From an uncultured Alphaproteobacteria bacterium (GTDB taxonomy: Bacteria; Pseudomonadota; Alphaproteobacteria; Methylaequorales; Methylaequoraceae), in contig CACMJG010000001.1 of the NCBI GenBank assembly GCA_902613995.1, forward strand, positions 19,751-83,750: a stretch of DNA of 64,000 nt. Direction: 5' to 3'. The notes below the pieces were generated by a model. The model saw only the letters and a program-made list of their open reading frames with translations, did no database searches and was not told the origin of the DNA. The position numbers and the translations under genes were made by a program. Of the stretch, positions 26,549 through 36,454 are shown one piece after another. Positions within the stretch are counted from its first letter, which is position 1. The number at the start of each line of letters is the position of its first letter.

Positions 26549-27381
26549 TAATTTAAACCTTCGTTTTTTGATAAGTTATCATAAAGAATGATTGAATGAA
26601 TTAATTTATCTAAGTCTTTCAGTGATATCATATTTGAACCGTCAGATGGGGCTTTTTTTGGATTATCATGAGTTTCGATAAATATTCCAGAAATTCCAGT
26701 TGTTACGGCAGCTTTTGACAAAACTGATACAAATTCCGACTGACCGCCTGAAGAGTTTCCCTTAAACCCAGGAAGTTGTACAGAATGTGTTGCGTCAAAA
26801 ATTACTGGATAACCAGTTTTTTTCATGATTGGAAGTGACCTCATATCTGAAACAAGATTGTTGTATCCAAACATAGTACCTCTTTCTGTGAGAAGTAATT
26901 TTTTATTTCCTGTTGATACTACCTTTTGAATGACATTCGAAATATCCCATGGTGATAAAAATTGTCCTTTCTTTATGTTAACGGGTAATTTAGTTCTTCC
27001 TGCTTCTAATAAAATATCAGTTTGCCTGCATAAAAAAGCAGGAATTTGTATAACATCTAATGCTTCTTTTGCAATCTTACATTGAGATGATTCATGAACA
27101 TCTGAAATAACAGGACACTTAAATTTTTCTCGTATTTGAGATAAAATATCTAGACCTTTTTTAATTCCAATGCCTCGTTTACTTTTATGACTAGTCCTAT
27201 TACCTTTATCAAAAGAACTCTTGTAAATATATTTAAATTTAAACTTTTTTGATAATCTTTCAATTTCATAACAAATATCAAATGCATGTTGTTTGCTTTC
27301 AATTTGGCATGGACCGAGAATAAATTTAATCTCTGAATTATTTGAGAAATAAAAGTTTTCAAATATTTTTATTTTTTTCAT
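26548..27381 (-). CDS. kdsA: 3-deoxy-8-phosphooctulonate (KDO-8-P) synthase
   Basis: 277 aa. It contains GPCQIES, IPAFLCRQTD and DATHSVQLPG. Confidence 0.93.
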   Translation of the reverse strand: MKKIKIFENFYFSNNSEIKFILGPCQIESKQHAFDICYEIERLSKKFKFKYIYKSSFDKGNRTSHKSKRGIGIKKGLDILSQIREKFKCPVISDVHESSQCKIAKEALDVIQIPAFLCRQTDILLEAGRTKLPVNIKKGQFLSPWDISNVIQKVVSTGNKKLLLTERGTMFGYNNLVSDMRSLPIMKKTGYPVIFDATHSVQLPGFKGNSSGGQSEFVSVLSKAAVTTGISGIFIETHDNPKKAPSDGSNMISLKDLDKLIHSIILYDNLSKNEGLN

Positions 27382-27383
27382 AA

Positions 27384-29000
27384 CTACTTATTAAGTAATG
27401 CCTTTATAAATGAATTAAAAATGGGGTGAGGTTTAAAAGGTGTCGATTTCAATTCTGGGTGAAATTGAACGCCCAGAAACCACGGATGATCTCTTCTTTC
27501 CATTATTTCAACTAAATTTCCATCAGGTGACATTCCAGATAGAATAACTCCACTTTTCTCAATTTGTTTTTTGTAATTGCAATTTACTTCATAACGATGC
27601 CTGTGTCTCTCATTGATTTTGTTTTTTCTATAAATGGAATAAATTTTAGAACCTTTTAATAAAATTGAAGTATAAGACCCAAGTCTCATACTTCCTCCAA
27701 GATTTTTATAATCATGCTTAACAATTTGTTTATTTTTAATCCATTCATGAATCATGGATATTACTGGTATAGAAGTTTTTCCAAATTCTGTGGATGAAGC
27801 ATTTTCATAGCCCCTAATATTACTAATTGATTCTAAAATTGCTAATTGCATTCCAAAACAGATACCTAAAAATGGTATTTTCAATTTTTTTGAAATCTTT
27901 ATAGCATTAATTTTACCAGCTGTTCCATCTTTTCCAAAACCGCCAGGAACAAGTATCCCATCACAGTTCTTTAAAGTTTCTTCACATTTAGAAATATTTT
28001 CAATTTTTTTTGAATCCACCCATTTAATTTCGACCCTTGTATTATTAAATATTCCACTATGAAAAAGTGCTTCATTGAGAGATTTATAGGATTCAGAAAG
28101 ATTAGTATATTTTCCAACAATGGCAACAGATACAAAATTTTTTAATTTATTAAATTTATCTAGAAAATCCTCCCATAACTTTAAATTAATATTTCTATTT
28201 TGATTCATATTAAGATGAGTAAAAATTTGTTTTAATATACCCTGCTTGTATAATTTTAGCGGAATTTCATAAATTGTATTTGCATTTTCAACTAAAATTA
28301 CAGAATCCAATAAAGTATTACAAAATAGAGAAATTTTTTCCTTTGCTTTCTTATCAAATTTTCTTTCAGTTCTACATAAAAGTAAATCAGGTTGGATACC
28401 CAAACCCAAAAGTTCTTTCACTGAATGCTGAGTTGGCTTTGTTTTGAATTCATTGGATGACGATAAAAATGGAACTAAAGTTAAATGAATGAATAATGTT
28501 TTATTTTTCCCAAGTTCGTTTCTCAATTGACGAATTGCTTCTAAAAAAGGAAGACTTTCAATATCACCAACTGTTCCTCCAATTTCACAGATAACAAAAT
28601 CTTCATTATTTAAATCTTTTTTTATAAACTTTTTAATTTCATCAGTTACGTGAGGTATTACTTGGACTGTGGAGCCAAGGTAGTCTCCCCTTCTTTCTTT
28701 TTTTAAAACTTCAGAATAGATTTTGCCTGTTGTTATATTATCACTTTTTTTAGACATTATACCTGTAAATCTCTCATAATGCCCCAAATCCATGTCGGTT
28801 TCTGCACCATCATCGGTAACAAAAACCTCACCATGTTGAGAAGGATTCATTGTTCCTGGATCAATGTTCAAATATGGATCTAATTTTCTTATTCTTACCT
28901 TGTATTTACAAAGTGTGAGTAAAGAAGCTATTGATGATGATACTATACCTTTTCCCAGAGATGATACTACACCACCGGTTATAAAGATAAATTTAGTCAT
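27384..29000 (-). CDS. pyrG: CTP synthase
   Basis: 538 aa. It begins MTKFIFITGGVVSSLGKG and has a C-terminal GATase domain with GICFGMQ. Confidence 0.97.
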   Translation of the reverse strand: MTKFIFITGGVVSSLGKGIVSSSIASLLTLCKYKVRIRKLDPYLNIDPGTMNPSQHGEVFVTDDGAETDMDLGHYERFTGIMSKKSDNITTGKIYSEVLKKERRGDYLGSTVQVIPHVTDEIKKFIKKDLNNEDFVICEIGGTVGDIESLPFLEAIRQLRNELGKNKTLFIHLTLVPFLSSSNEFKTKPTQHSVKELLGLGIQPDLLLCRTERKFDKKAKEKISLFCNTLLDSVILVENANTIYEIPLKLYKQGILKQIFTHLNMNQNRNINLKLWEDFLDKFNKLKNFVSVAIVGKYTNLSESYKSLNEALFHSGIFNNTRVEIKWVDSKKIENISKCEETLKNCDGILVPGGFGKDGTAGKINAIKISKKLKIPFLGICFGMQLAILESISNIRGYENASSTEFGKTSIPVISMIHEWIKNKQIVKHDYKNLGGSMRLGSYTSILLKGSKIYSIYRKNKINERHRHRYEVNCNYKKQIEKSGVILSGMSPDGNLVEIMERRDHPWFLGVQFHPELKSTPFKPHPIFNSFIKALLNK

Positions 29001-29004
29001 TTAT

Positions 29005-29035
29005 GGAAAGGTATGAGTGAGAGGATTTACCTTCC
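29005..29035 (-). other. Relatively GC-rich hairpin between the secG stop and the pyrG start
   Basis: The minus-strand RNA GGAAGGUA-(14 nt loop)-UACCUUUCC forms 8 bp with one bulged U. It starts right after the secG UAA and ends 4 nt before the pyrG AUG. No U-tract follows. Confidence 0.35.
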
Positions 29036-29389
29036 TTATTCAACAGGGACACTCACGTCATTATTTTGATCTTCAACGTCAAATTCTTCTGGTATCAAAT
29101 CTAGTCTATCAATTATTGAGTCTTCACCTGAATCAATTATAGATTCTTTTTTATAGTTTTTGTTTGCAATGATTACTAGAGAGATACTCGTTAGAAAAAA
29201 ACAAAAAGCTAAAAATGAAGTTGTTTTTGTTAATATATTAGATGTACTTCTAGTAGATAGAAAATCACCCAACCCACCGCTATTTGATTGTCCAATTCCA
29301 AGACCTCCGCCTTCAGACTTTTGAAGAAGAACGAAGAAAACTAGAAAAATACATATCAACAAATGAATTGATAGGACTACGGCAAACAT
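29036..29389 (-). CDS. secG: Preprotein translocase subunit SecG
   Basis: 117 aa. It has two transmembrane segments and the LLQKSEGGGLG motif, and lies between tpiA and pyrG. Confidence 0.85.
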   Translation of the reverse strand: MFAVVLSIHLLICIFLVFFVLLQKSEGGGLGIGQSNSGGLGDFLSTRSTSNILTKTTSFLAFCFFLTSISLVIIANKNYKKESIIDSGEDSIIDRLDLIPEEFDVEDQNNDVSVPVE

Positions 29390-29419
29390 ATGACTACAAT
29401 AATTTAAAAAATTAAAAAA

Positions 29420-30154
29420 TCAACCAAATGTGAGAATTTTATTAATCTCTTCTAATTTTAAACTTGATCCACCAATCAAAGCTCCATCCACATCTGAAAG
29501 TTTAAATATTTCAAAAATGTTCTCTGAATTTACCGAGCCACCATAAAGAAAAAAAATTTTTGATATTTTTTTTGATTGAGAAACAAAATTGCACGTAAAA
29601 TCTTTTATTTCCATAATTTCATCTACTGTTGGAACCAAACCAGTTCCAATTGACCAGATTGGTTCATATGCGATAATAATCTCATCTAGATTATTAGGTA
29701 TACAGATTTTAAGTTGTTCTTCTAAGATTTTTTTGTATTTATTTTTTTTTCTTTCTTCTAAAGTTTCACCGATACAAATGATTGGCTTTAATTTTTCTGA
29801 TATTACCAATTCAGCTTTCTCTCTGACAATATCGTTTGTTTCACCTTTATACTCTCTTCTCTCAGAGTGACCAATAATGACATATTTACATCCAATGTCT
29901 TTTATCAATTCTATACTCGTATCACCTGTGTAAGCTCCAAACTTTTTATAATGACAGTCTTGGGCACCTAAAAGTATGTTACTGCCTTTAACAATATTCG
30001 AAATTATTGGAAGTAAAATAAATTGTGGACAAATTATATTTTTTATTAAATTTTTCTTAATCTTGATTTTCTTAAGCTTATTTGTCAAAGTTCGTGCTTG
30101 ACTTATATTAAGATTCATCTTCCAATTTGAAACAATTAATTTAACTTGGCTCAT
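29420..30154 (-). CDS. tpiA: Triosephosphate isomerase
   Basis: 244 aa. It contains SNWKMN, IGHSERR, AYEPIWSIGTG and GGSS. Confidence 0.93.
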   Translation of the reverse strand: MSQVKLIVSNWKMNLNISQARTLTNKLKKIKIKKNLIKNIICPQFILLPIISNIVKGSNILLGAQDCHYKKFGAYTGDTSIELIKDIGCKYVIIGHSERREYKGETNDIVREKAELVISEKLKPIICIGETLEERKKNKYKKILEEQLKICIPNNLDEIIIAYEPIWSIGTGLVPTVDEIMEIKDFTCNFVSQSKKISKIFFLYGGSVNSENIFEIFKLSDVDGALIGGSSLKLEEINKILTFG

Positions 30155-30188
30155 AATTATGATATAGGTTTAACAAATATTTAAAATT

Positions 30189-32075
30189 ATGCTTACAACT
30201 TTAAGAAACAGTTCAAAAAACTCAATACTAAAAATAATATTTGGTACTTTGTTAACTATTTTAATTATTAGCTTTGGCATGTGGGGAACAGAAGATTTAG
30301 TTGGTGTTACACAAAAACAATCAACTGTTGCAACTGTAGGGAAAATTGATGTTTCTGCACAAGAATTTTATTCTTTGTACTCGAGGCAAACTGAAGAAAT
30401 AAGAAAACTTCTTGGATCTTCATTAGATATTAAAAAATCTAGAGAGTTTGGATATGTTGATAGAGCATTAAGTTCATTAATTAATAGAGCATTGTTTAAT
30501 AATGAAGCGTTACAACTAGGCTTATCTGTTAGTGATATTAATGTTAGAGATAAGATATTGCGTGATGATGCATTTAAAGATGATCTTGGACAATTTAGCG
30601 AATTAGTGTTTAGACAGTTGATATCTGAATCTGGTTATACCGAAGATTCTTATGTTGAAGGAACGCGCCAAGATCTTGCTAGAGAGCAGATGGTGGAGAC
30701 AATAAGTACTAGCTTGATCATTCCAAATGTTATGAAAAATAGCTTGAGTAAATATAATTTAGAGGAGAGAACGGTAGATTATCTTACTATCAAGGTTGAA
30801 GAAGAAAAGTTTGCTGAACCTTCAAATGAAGAAATTAGAAAATATTATGAAGAAAATAAATCAGACTTTATGTCTAAAGAGTTTAGAAGTGCTGAAACAC
30901 TTTTATTAGATGCCAAAGAATATGCAAAAAAATCAACTGTCACTGATGAAGAAATCGAATTACTTTATGAAGAAAGAAAAGAATTATTAGTTGAGCCTGC
31001 ACAAAAATATCTACACCAAATCATTGTAGACTCAAAATCCGATGTAGAATCAATAAGTAAGAAAGTAAATTTTAATAATTTTACTTCTATAGCAAAAACA
31101 ATGGCTAATCTTACTGAAGATGATATTGATTTAGGATGGAATACAAAAAATGATCTACCCGACGAGATAATCGACGCAACTTTTAGTTTAAAAAAAGGTG
31201 AAATATCAAAACCAATTGAGAGTTCATTCGGTTGGCATATTTTAAAAATAATAGATTCCAAAAAAAGAAAAGAGGTTGCATACGAAGAAGTAAAAAAACA
31301 ATTTGAAAATGAGTTGCTTCTTGAAAAAGGGAAAGAAGCTGTATTTGATCTTCAAGATGAACTTGAAGATTTATTGGCATCTGGAAATACTTTTGAAGAA
31401 ATATCTAAGATTTTAGAGGTAAAAATGATTGTGGCTGACAAAATTGATAATGAAGGTATTAAGCAAAATAAACGAGTAAATAATGAGTTTCAAGACGAAA
31501 GAATACTCAGAACAATCTTCAATCAAAAAATAAATGAAGAGGGAAATATAATTGATATTGACAAAGATGAAGGTTTAGCAATCAGTTTAGTTACTGAAAT
31601 AATAAAACCGAGACAGTTAACCCTTGATGAATCAAAAGAGTTAGTCAGAAAAGAACTTATTTTTGATTTAAAATTAAAAAATGCGCAAGATAAAGCTGAA
31701 AAAATTAAAAATGAAATTTCTAATGGTAAGAGTTTTAAGAATGTTGCAAATAAGTACAAACTTGAAATTAAAGGAGTCAAACCATTCACCAGGGTTCTTC
31801 CAGATAGTAGCGAGTTACCAATACCCTTAATCAGCAAGATATTTGATTCAAATCTTGGTGATATAAATATCGAAAAAAGGGGTAATAGTGAAATTATAAT
31901 AGCCAAAACTGCGGAAATTTTAGATAATTTAAGTAGTGATGAAAAAGAAATTAAAGAATTCACAAAAAAGATAAAAGATGATCTTACAATTGATTTACTT
32001 GCTCAATTTTCTGAAGCATTAAGAAAAAAATATAAGATTACAATAAATGATGATGTCATCGATCAATTAAATTAA
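30189..32075 (+). CDS. ppiD: Periplasmic chaperone / peptidyl-prolyl isomerase PpiD-like (SurA N-domain plus parvulin domain)
   Basis: 628 aa. It has an N-terminal membrane anchor and a parvulin-like segment (SFGWHILKI). It sits upstream of trpE, as in many Alphaproteobacteria. Confidence 0.8.
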   Translation: MLTTLRNSSKNSILKIIFGTLLTILIISFGMWGTEDLVGVTQKQSTVATVGKIDVSAQEFYSLYSRQTEEIRKLLGSSLDIKKSREFGYVDRALSSLINRALFNNEALQLGLSVSDINVRDKILRDDAFKDDLGQFSELVFRQLISESGYTEDSYVEGTRQDLAREQMVETISTSLIIPNVMKNSLSKYNLEERTVDYLTIKVEEEKFAEPSNEEIRKYYEENKSDFMSKEFRSAETLLLDAKEYAKKSTVTDEEIELLYEERKELLVEPAQKYLHQIIVDSKSDVESISKKVNFNNFTSIAKTMANLTEDDIDLGWNTKNDLPDEIIDATFSLKKGEISKPIESSFGWHILKIIDSKKRKEVAYEEVKKQFENELLLEKGKEAVFDLQDELEDLLASGNTFEEISKILEVKMIVADKIDNEGIKQNKRVNNEFQDERILRTIFNQKINEEGNIIDIDKDEGLAISLVTEIIKPRQLTLDESKELVRKELIFDLKLKNAQDKAEKIKNEISNGKSFKNVANKYKLEIKGVKPFTRVLPDSSELPIPLISKIFDSNLGDINIEKRGNSEIIIAKTAEILDNLSSDEKEIKEFTKKIKDDLTIDLLAQFSEALRKKYKITINDDVIDQLN

Positions 32076-32076
32076 A

Positions 32077-33576
32077 ATGGATATCAATCAGCCGGAGTTA
32101 GAGCTTTTTAAAAAAAATTATATTGCAGGTAAAAATCAACTTTTATTCCACACATTTGCTGCAGACGTTCACACTCCTGTTTCCGCTCTTATTAAATTAA
32201 AGGAGGAGGATTACACATTTTTGTTTGAATCAGTTGAAAAGGGAAGCCAAAAAGGTAGGTATTCAGTGATTGGGCTAAAGCCTGATCTAATATGGGAGTG
32301 TAAAAATAATATTTGTAAATTCAAAGATTTAAATATTTCTTCTAAAAGTAAAATTCTAAAAACGGATCCATTAGATAGTTTAAAAAACTTATTTAATAAT
32401 AATAATCTTAAACTTCCAAATATAATACCGTCAATATCTTCAGGTTTTTTTGGTTACATGGGTTATGAAATGATAAGATATTTTGAAAACGTAAATTTAA
32501 AAAAATTAAATAGTCTTGATCTTCCAGATTCAATTTTTATAAGGCCATCCATCACTTTAGTTTTTGATAATGTAAATGATAAGCTAATCGTAACTAAACT
32601 CGTATGTAAAAGTAAATTAAAGGCAAAGGATTCTTTTGAAAAAGCAAAAAAAGAAATTTATAGTATCGTAAAAAAAATTAACAGACCGATATCGAAAGAA
32701 AGCTTTAGTTCATCGAACACAAAAAAGAACGTTAATGTTTTTAAAAATGTAAAATCGAATACTAACTATCAAGAGTTTAAAAACATGGTTAATAAAGCTA
32801 AAAAATATATATATGAAGGTGAAATATTCCAAGTTGTTATATCAAGAATATTTAAGAAAAAAATTAAAACAAATTCTCTTTCAGTATACAGAGCACTACG
32901 ATATCTTAATCCTTCTCCATATTTATTTTATATGAATTTCAAAAACTTCTCCATAGTTGGTTCAAGTCCAGAGATCTTGATAAAGTTAGATAAAAAAAAA
33001 GTAACTATAAGGCCAATAGCTGGAACAAGAAAACGTGGCAAAACAGATACTGAGGACCAAAATTTAAAAAATGACTTGCTAAATGATCCAAAAGAAATAT
33101 CCGAACACCTAATGCTTTTAGATTTGGGAAGAAATGATTTGAGTAGAGTAACAAAGCCAGGTTCAGTAAATGTCACTGATAAAATGTATATAGAATATTT
33201 TTCGCATGTAATGCATATTGTATCAAATATAGAAGGAATAATAGATAAAAACAAAAAGAAAACAGATGTTCTATTCAGTGGATTTCCTGCAGGAACCGTC
33301 ACAGGAGCTCCGAAAATTAGAGCAATTCAAATTATAGAAGAACTAGAAAAAAATAGAAGAAATGTTTATGCTGGATCTGTAGGGTATATTTCAGCAGATG
33401 GTAACATCGATACTTGCATAGCATTAAGAACTGCAGTTATAAAAGATAAATATATTTATATTCAATCTGGAGCTGGAATAGTTGCAGATAGCAAACCTAT
33501 AAGTGAGTTTAAAGAAACAGAAAATAAAGCACTTGCTCTTCTTACCGCATGTGAGCAAGCAAAAAATTTCAAATAA
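32077..33576 (+). CDS. trpE: Anthranilate synthase component I
   Basis: 499 aa. It contains LFESVEKG, GEIFQVVISR, GTVTGAPKIRA and GAGIVADS. Confidence 0.93.
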   Translation: MDINQPELELFKKNYIAGKNQLLFHTFAADVHTPVSALIKLKEEDYTFLFESVEKGSQKGRYSVIGLKPDLIWECKNNICKFKDLNISSKSKILKTDPLDSLKNLFNNNNLKLPNIIPSISSGFFGYMGYEMIRYFENVNLKKLNSLDLPDSIFIRPSITLVFDNVNDKLIVTKLVCKSKLKAKDSFEKAKKEIYSIVKKINRPISKESFSSSNTKKNVNVFKNVKSNTNYQEFKNMVNKAKKYIYEGEIFQVVISRIFKKKIKTNSLSVYRALRYLNPSPYLFYMNFKNFSIVGSSPEILIKLDKKKVTIRPIAGTRKRGKTDTEDQNLKNDLLNDPKEISEHLMLLDLGRNDLSRVTKPGSVNVTDKMYIEYFSHVMHIVSNIEGIIDKNKKKTDVLFSGFPAGTVTGAPKIRAIQIIEELEKNRRNVYAGSVGYISADGNIDTCIALRTAVIKDKYIYIQSGAGIVADSKPISEFKETENKALALLTACEQAKNFK

Positions 33577-34157
33577 TGTTGGTATTAATAGATAATTACG
33601 ATAGCTTTACTTATAATTTAGTACACTATTTTCAAGAACTTGGAGAAAAAGTTAGGGTTTTTAGAAATGACGGAATTTCACCTGAAGAGGTGCTAAAGTT
33701 AAATCCAACATCTTTGGTAATTTCACCTGGTCCAAGCACACCGACGAATTCAGGTATTTGTATGAACCTTATAAAATTAAACTCAAGAAAAAAAAAACCA
33801 ATCCCAACTTTAGGAGTCTGCCTTGGCCATCAAGTAATAGCCGAATGTTTTGAAGCAAAGGTGATTCAAAGTGGAGAACCAGTTCATGGAAAAGTCAGCA
33901 AAATTTTCTATAACAAATCAAAATTATTTGAAGGTATGAATAATCCTTTTAATGCAACTAGGTATCATTCTCTGATTATTGATGAAAAAACTGTCAAAGC
34001 CAACCTTTTAGTTACGGCTAAAACTCAGCATAATGTTATTATGGCAATTGAACATAAGAGATTACCATTTTTTGGAGTTCAATTTCATCCTGAAAGCATT
34101 GCAACAGATAACGGTCACCTTTTGCTAAAAAATTTTTTAAAAAGTACAAAAAAATAG
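33576..34157 (+). CDS. trpG: Anthranilate synthase component II (glutamine amidotransferase)
   Basis: 193 aa. It contains IDNYDSFTYNL, GVCLGHQ and FGVQFHPES. Confidence 0.9.
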   Translation: MLVLIDNYDSFTYNLVHYFQELGEKVRVFRNDGISPEEVLKLNPTSLVISPGPSTPTNSGICMNLIKLNSRKKKPIPTLGVCLGHQVIAECFEAKVIQSGEPVHGKVSKIFYNKSKLFEGMNNPFNATRYHSLIIDEKTVKANLLVTAKTQHNVIMAIEHKRLPFFGVQFHPESIATDNGHLLLKNFLKSTKK

Positions 34158-34183
34158 TTTATTTTTTAATATGTATTCTAAAT

Positions 34184-35191
34184 ATGAACAAAAATAAAAA
34201 TTTAATAGATAAAATTATAAATGGATCAGTTTTAAGTGAAGCGGAATCCAATCTATTTGCTGAAAATGTTATTAATAGAAAAATAAACGCTTATGAAATC
34301 GTTAGTCTTTTATCATTTTTATTTAAAAATGGTGAAAAATTCGAAGAAATTTTTGCATTTGTAAAAATGTTAAGAAAAAAAATGACAAAAATTTCTTTAA
34401 ATGGTTCAATTATGGATACGTGCGGTACGGGCGGGGATTATAAAAATAGTTTTAATTTTTCTACCGCAACATCAATTGTGCTTTCTGCTTGCGATGTAAA
34501 AATTGCAAAACATGGTAACAGATCAGTTACTTCTAAGTCTGGGAGTTTTGATTTATTAGAATCATTAGGCATAAAGTTAGATTTAAATAAAAATGACACA
34601 ATAAAATATTTTAAAAAAAATAATATCTGTTTTCTTTTTGCACCACATTACCATTCTGTATTAAAAAATTTTTCTGAAATAAGGAAATCTCTTCCATTTA
34701 GAACAATCTTTAACCTTCTAGGCCCCTTGTTAAATCCCGTAAAACTTGACTATCAACTACTTGGTGTAAGTGATGAAAAAAATTTAGAGACACATGCCAA
34801 ATGTATTTCAAAACTTAATCTAAAGAAAGCATGGGTTGTTTATAGTTTAAATGGTTATGACGAACTAACAACAACTTCAAAAAATTTATTTATAGAGGTT
34901 GAAAAAGGAAAAGTTAGTAAAAAAAGAGTTTTAGATCCAGGTGAGATCGGTTTTAAAATAAGAAAGGATCAAGAATTAAGAGGTGGGTCAGCTCAAGAAA
35001 ATTCGTTTTTAATGAAAAGAGTGTTTGAAGGTGAAACTGGTGCAATCAGAGACAACATAGTTTTGAATGCAGCGGCAGGTTTACTCATCAGTGGCAAAGT
35101 AAAAACAATTAAACAAGGAATAAGTGTTGTTGAAAATAAAATTAATAATGGATTGGTATTAAATAAACTTAAATCATTAATACAAAAATAA
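34184..35191 (+). CDS. trpD: Anthranilate phosphoribosyltransferase
   Basis: 335 aa. It contains DTCGTGGD, KHGNRSVTSKSGS and FNLLGPLLNP. Confidence 0.92.
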   Translation: MNKNKNLIDKIINGSVLSEAESNLFAENVINRKINAYEIVSLLSFLFKNGEKFEEIFAFVKMLRKKMTKISLNGSIMDTCGTGGDYKNSFNFSTATSIVLSACDVKIAKHGNRSVTSKSGSFDLLESLGIKLDLNKNDTIKYFKKNNICFLFAPHYHSVLKNFSEIRKSLPFRTIFNLLGPLLNPVKLDYQLLGVSDEKNLETHAKCISKLNLKKAWVVYSLNGYDELTTTSKNLFIEVEKGKVSKKRVLDPGEIGFKIRKDQELRGGSAQENSFLMKRVFEGETGAIRDNIVLNAAAGLLISGKVKTIKQGISVVENKINNGLVLNKLKSLIQK

Positions 35192-35192
35192 A

Positions 35193-35966
35193 ATGAATAT
35201 ACTAAAAGAAATTTGTCAAAAAAAAATTTATGAAATACATAAGTTAAAGGCAACTATTAACTACAAGGATAAGATTGTTATATCCAAAAGAAGAGATTTT
35301 TTAAAGAAACTTATTAAAGAGGACAAAAATAAATTTAATTTAATAGCAGAAATTAAAAAATCTTCCCCTAGTAAAGGCGAAATTTGCAAAAAATTTAATT
35401 TAAACCAAATCGCACAAGATTACCAAAACGCCGGAGCTTCCTGTTTGTCGATCCTAACAGAGAAAAATTACTTTCAAGGAGATATAAATTATATAAGCAG
35501 AGTCAAAAAGATCATTGATATCCCAATCTTAAGAAAAGATTTTATTTTAGATGAATGGCAAATATATGAAAGTTATTACTTTGGAGCAGATTGCATTCTT
35601 CTAATTCTAGCCATATTAGAGGATAAAGAAGCAAAAAGATTCTATGAAGTGTCAAAAGAATTAAATTTGGACGTAATTGTAGAGGTGCATGATGAATTTG
35701 AACTCAAAAGAGCTATTGACTTAAAAGTAAACTGTATAGGTATTAACAACAGAAATCTAAAAACACTCAAGATTGATCTAGATACTTTTAAAAGACTATC
35801 AAAAAAAATTCCAAAAGGAATAATAAAAATATGTGAAAGCGGTTTAAAGTCAAATGAACAATTAAGAGATTTTGCAGATATGGGAGCTGACGGTTTTTTA
35901 ATTGGAGAATATTTAATGTCTTCTGATAACTTAAAGAAAAAAACCATTGAGATAATAAAAAAATGA
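35193..35966 (+). CDS. trpC: Indole-3-glycerol phosphate synthase
   Basis: 257 aa. It contains IAEIKKSSPSKG, LRKDFI, VEVH, GINNRNL and ESG. Confidence 0.92.
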   Translation: MNILKEICQKKIYEIHKLKATINYKDKIVISKRRDFLKKLIKEDKNKFNLIAEIKKSSPSKGEICKKFNLNQIAQDYQNAGASCLSILTEKNYFQGDINYISRVKKIIDIPILRKDFILDEWQIYESYYFGADCILLILAILEDKEAKRFYEVSKELNLDVIVEVHDEFELKRAIDLKVNCIGINNRNLKTLKIDLDTFKRLSKKIPKGIIKICESGLKSNEQLRDFADMGADGFLIGEYLMSSDNLKKKTIEIIKK

Positions 35967-36454
35967 GCTTTAGTCATTTAAAAAATAATAAAGAAGTTCG
36001 TATGGTGGATATTTCAAATAAGAAAATAACCTATAGAGAAGCTCATGCTGTTGCAGTTATAGAGTTTAGTTCAAAAACTTTTAAAAGAATTATATCTGAT
36101 CAAAGTCCTAAAGGCTCAATATTTAATACCGCAATTTTAGCCGGGACACTCGCTGCGAAAAAAACTCATGAATTAATTCCTTTATGTCATAATATTAACC
36201 TAAGTTCGATTAATATAGACTTTAAAATTATTAAAAAAAATTCATCTGTTGAAGTAAATTCCATTGTGAAAAGTAGTTATAAAACAGGAGTTGAGATGGA
36301 AGCACTTACTGCTTGCTCAATTGCATGTTTAACAATATACGATATGTGTAAAAGCTTTGATAAAGAAATAATTATTAATAAAATAAAGCTAAAATACAAA
36401 AGTGGTGGAAAATCAGGTGAATATAAAAATGATAAGATATACAAAAGCACTTAA
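35963..36454 (+). CDS. moaC: Cyclic pyranopterin monophosphate synthase MoaC
   Basis: 163 aa. It contains MVDISNK, IPLCHN, TGVEMEALTA and GGKSG. There is an ATGA overlap with trpC. Confidence 0.9.
   Translation: MSFSHLKNNKEVRMVDISNKKITYREAHAVAVIEFSSKTFKRIISDQSPKGSIFNTAILAGTLAAKKTHELIPLCHNINLSSINIDFKIIKKNSSVEVNSIVKSSYKTGVEMEALTACSIACLTIYDMCKSFDKEIIINKIKLKYKSGGKSGEYKNDKIYKST

Noticed and set aside
27150-27362. Same-strand alternative-frame ORFs nested in real genes (70 aa inside kdsA; also 66 aa at 1103-1303 inside the ligase gene).
   Set aside because: They have no motifs and no independent start context, and are fully contained in strongly supported CDS. There is no evidence for overprinting.
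29632-29646. A GAAC-N7-GTTC palindrome inside tpiA.
   Set aside because: It is an inverted repeat, whereas the alphaproteobacterial LexA operator is a direct repeat. It is intragenic and most simply a chance occurrence.
30155-30188. Leaderless-type -10 elements for tpiA (TATATC, 6 nt, then ATG) and ppiD in the 34-bp divergent spacer.
   Set aside because: The hexamers are imperfect, and several alternatives exist in this purely A/T-rich stretch. I could not distinguish signal from background, unlike the exact TATAAT cases.
31523-31963. Long antisense ORFs inside well-supported genes. Examples are 146 aa in ppiD, 124 aa at 32928-33302 in trpE, 119 aa at 8457-8816 and 110 aa at 9513-9845 in clpB, 117 aa at 62931-63284 in rnj, 111 aa at 35642-35977 in trpC, and the others in the track.
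   Set aside because: All lie entirely within genes whose products have clear family motifs. Their translations are low-complexity Leu/Phe/Ile/Ser-rich strings, the complement of Lys/Glu/Asn/Ile-rich coding sequence. None has a recognisable motif, and none has its own upstream spacer. They are typical shadow ORFs.
32715-32730. GAAC-N8-GAAC inside trpE, resembling the SOS box.
   Set aside because: The spacing is 8 rather than 7, and the site is deep inside a biosynthetic gene with no promoter context.
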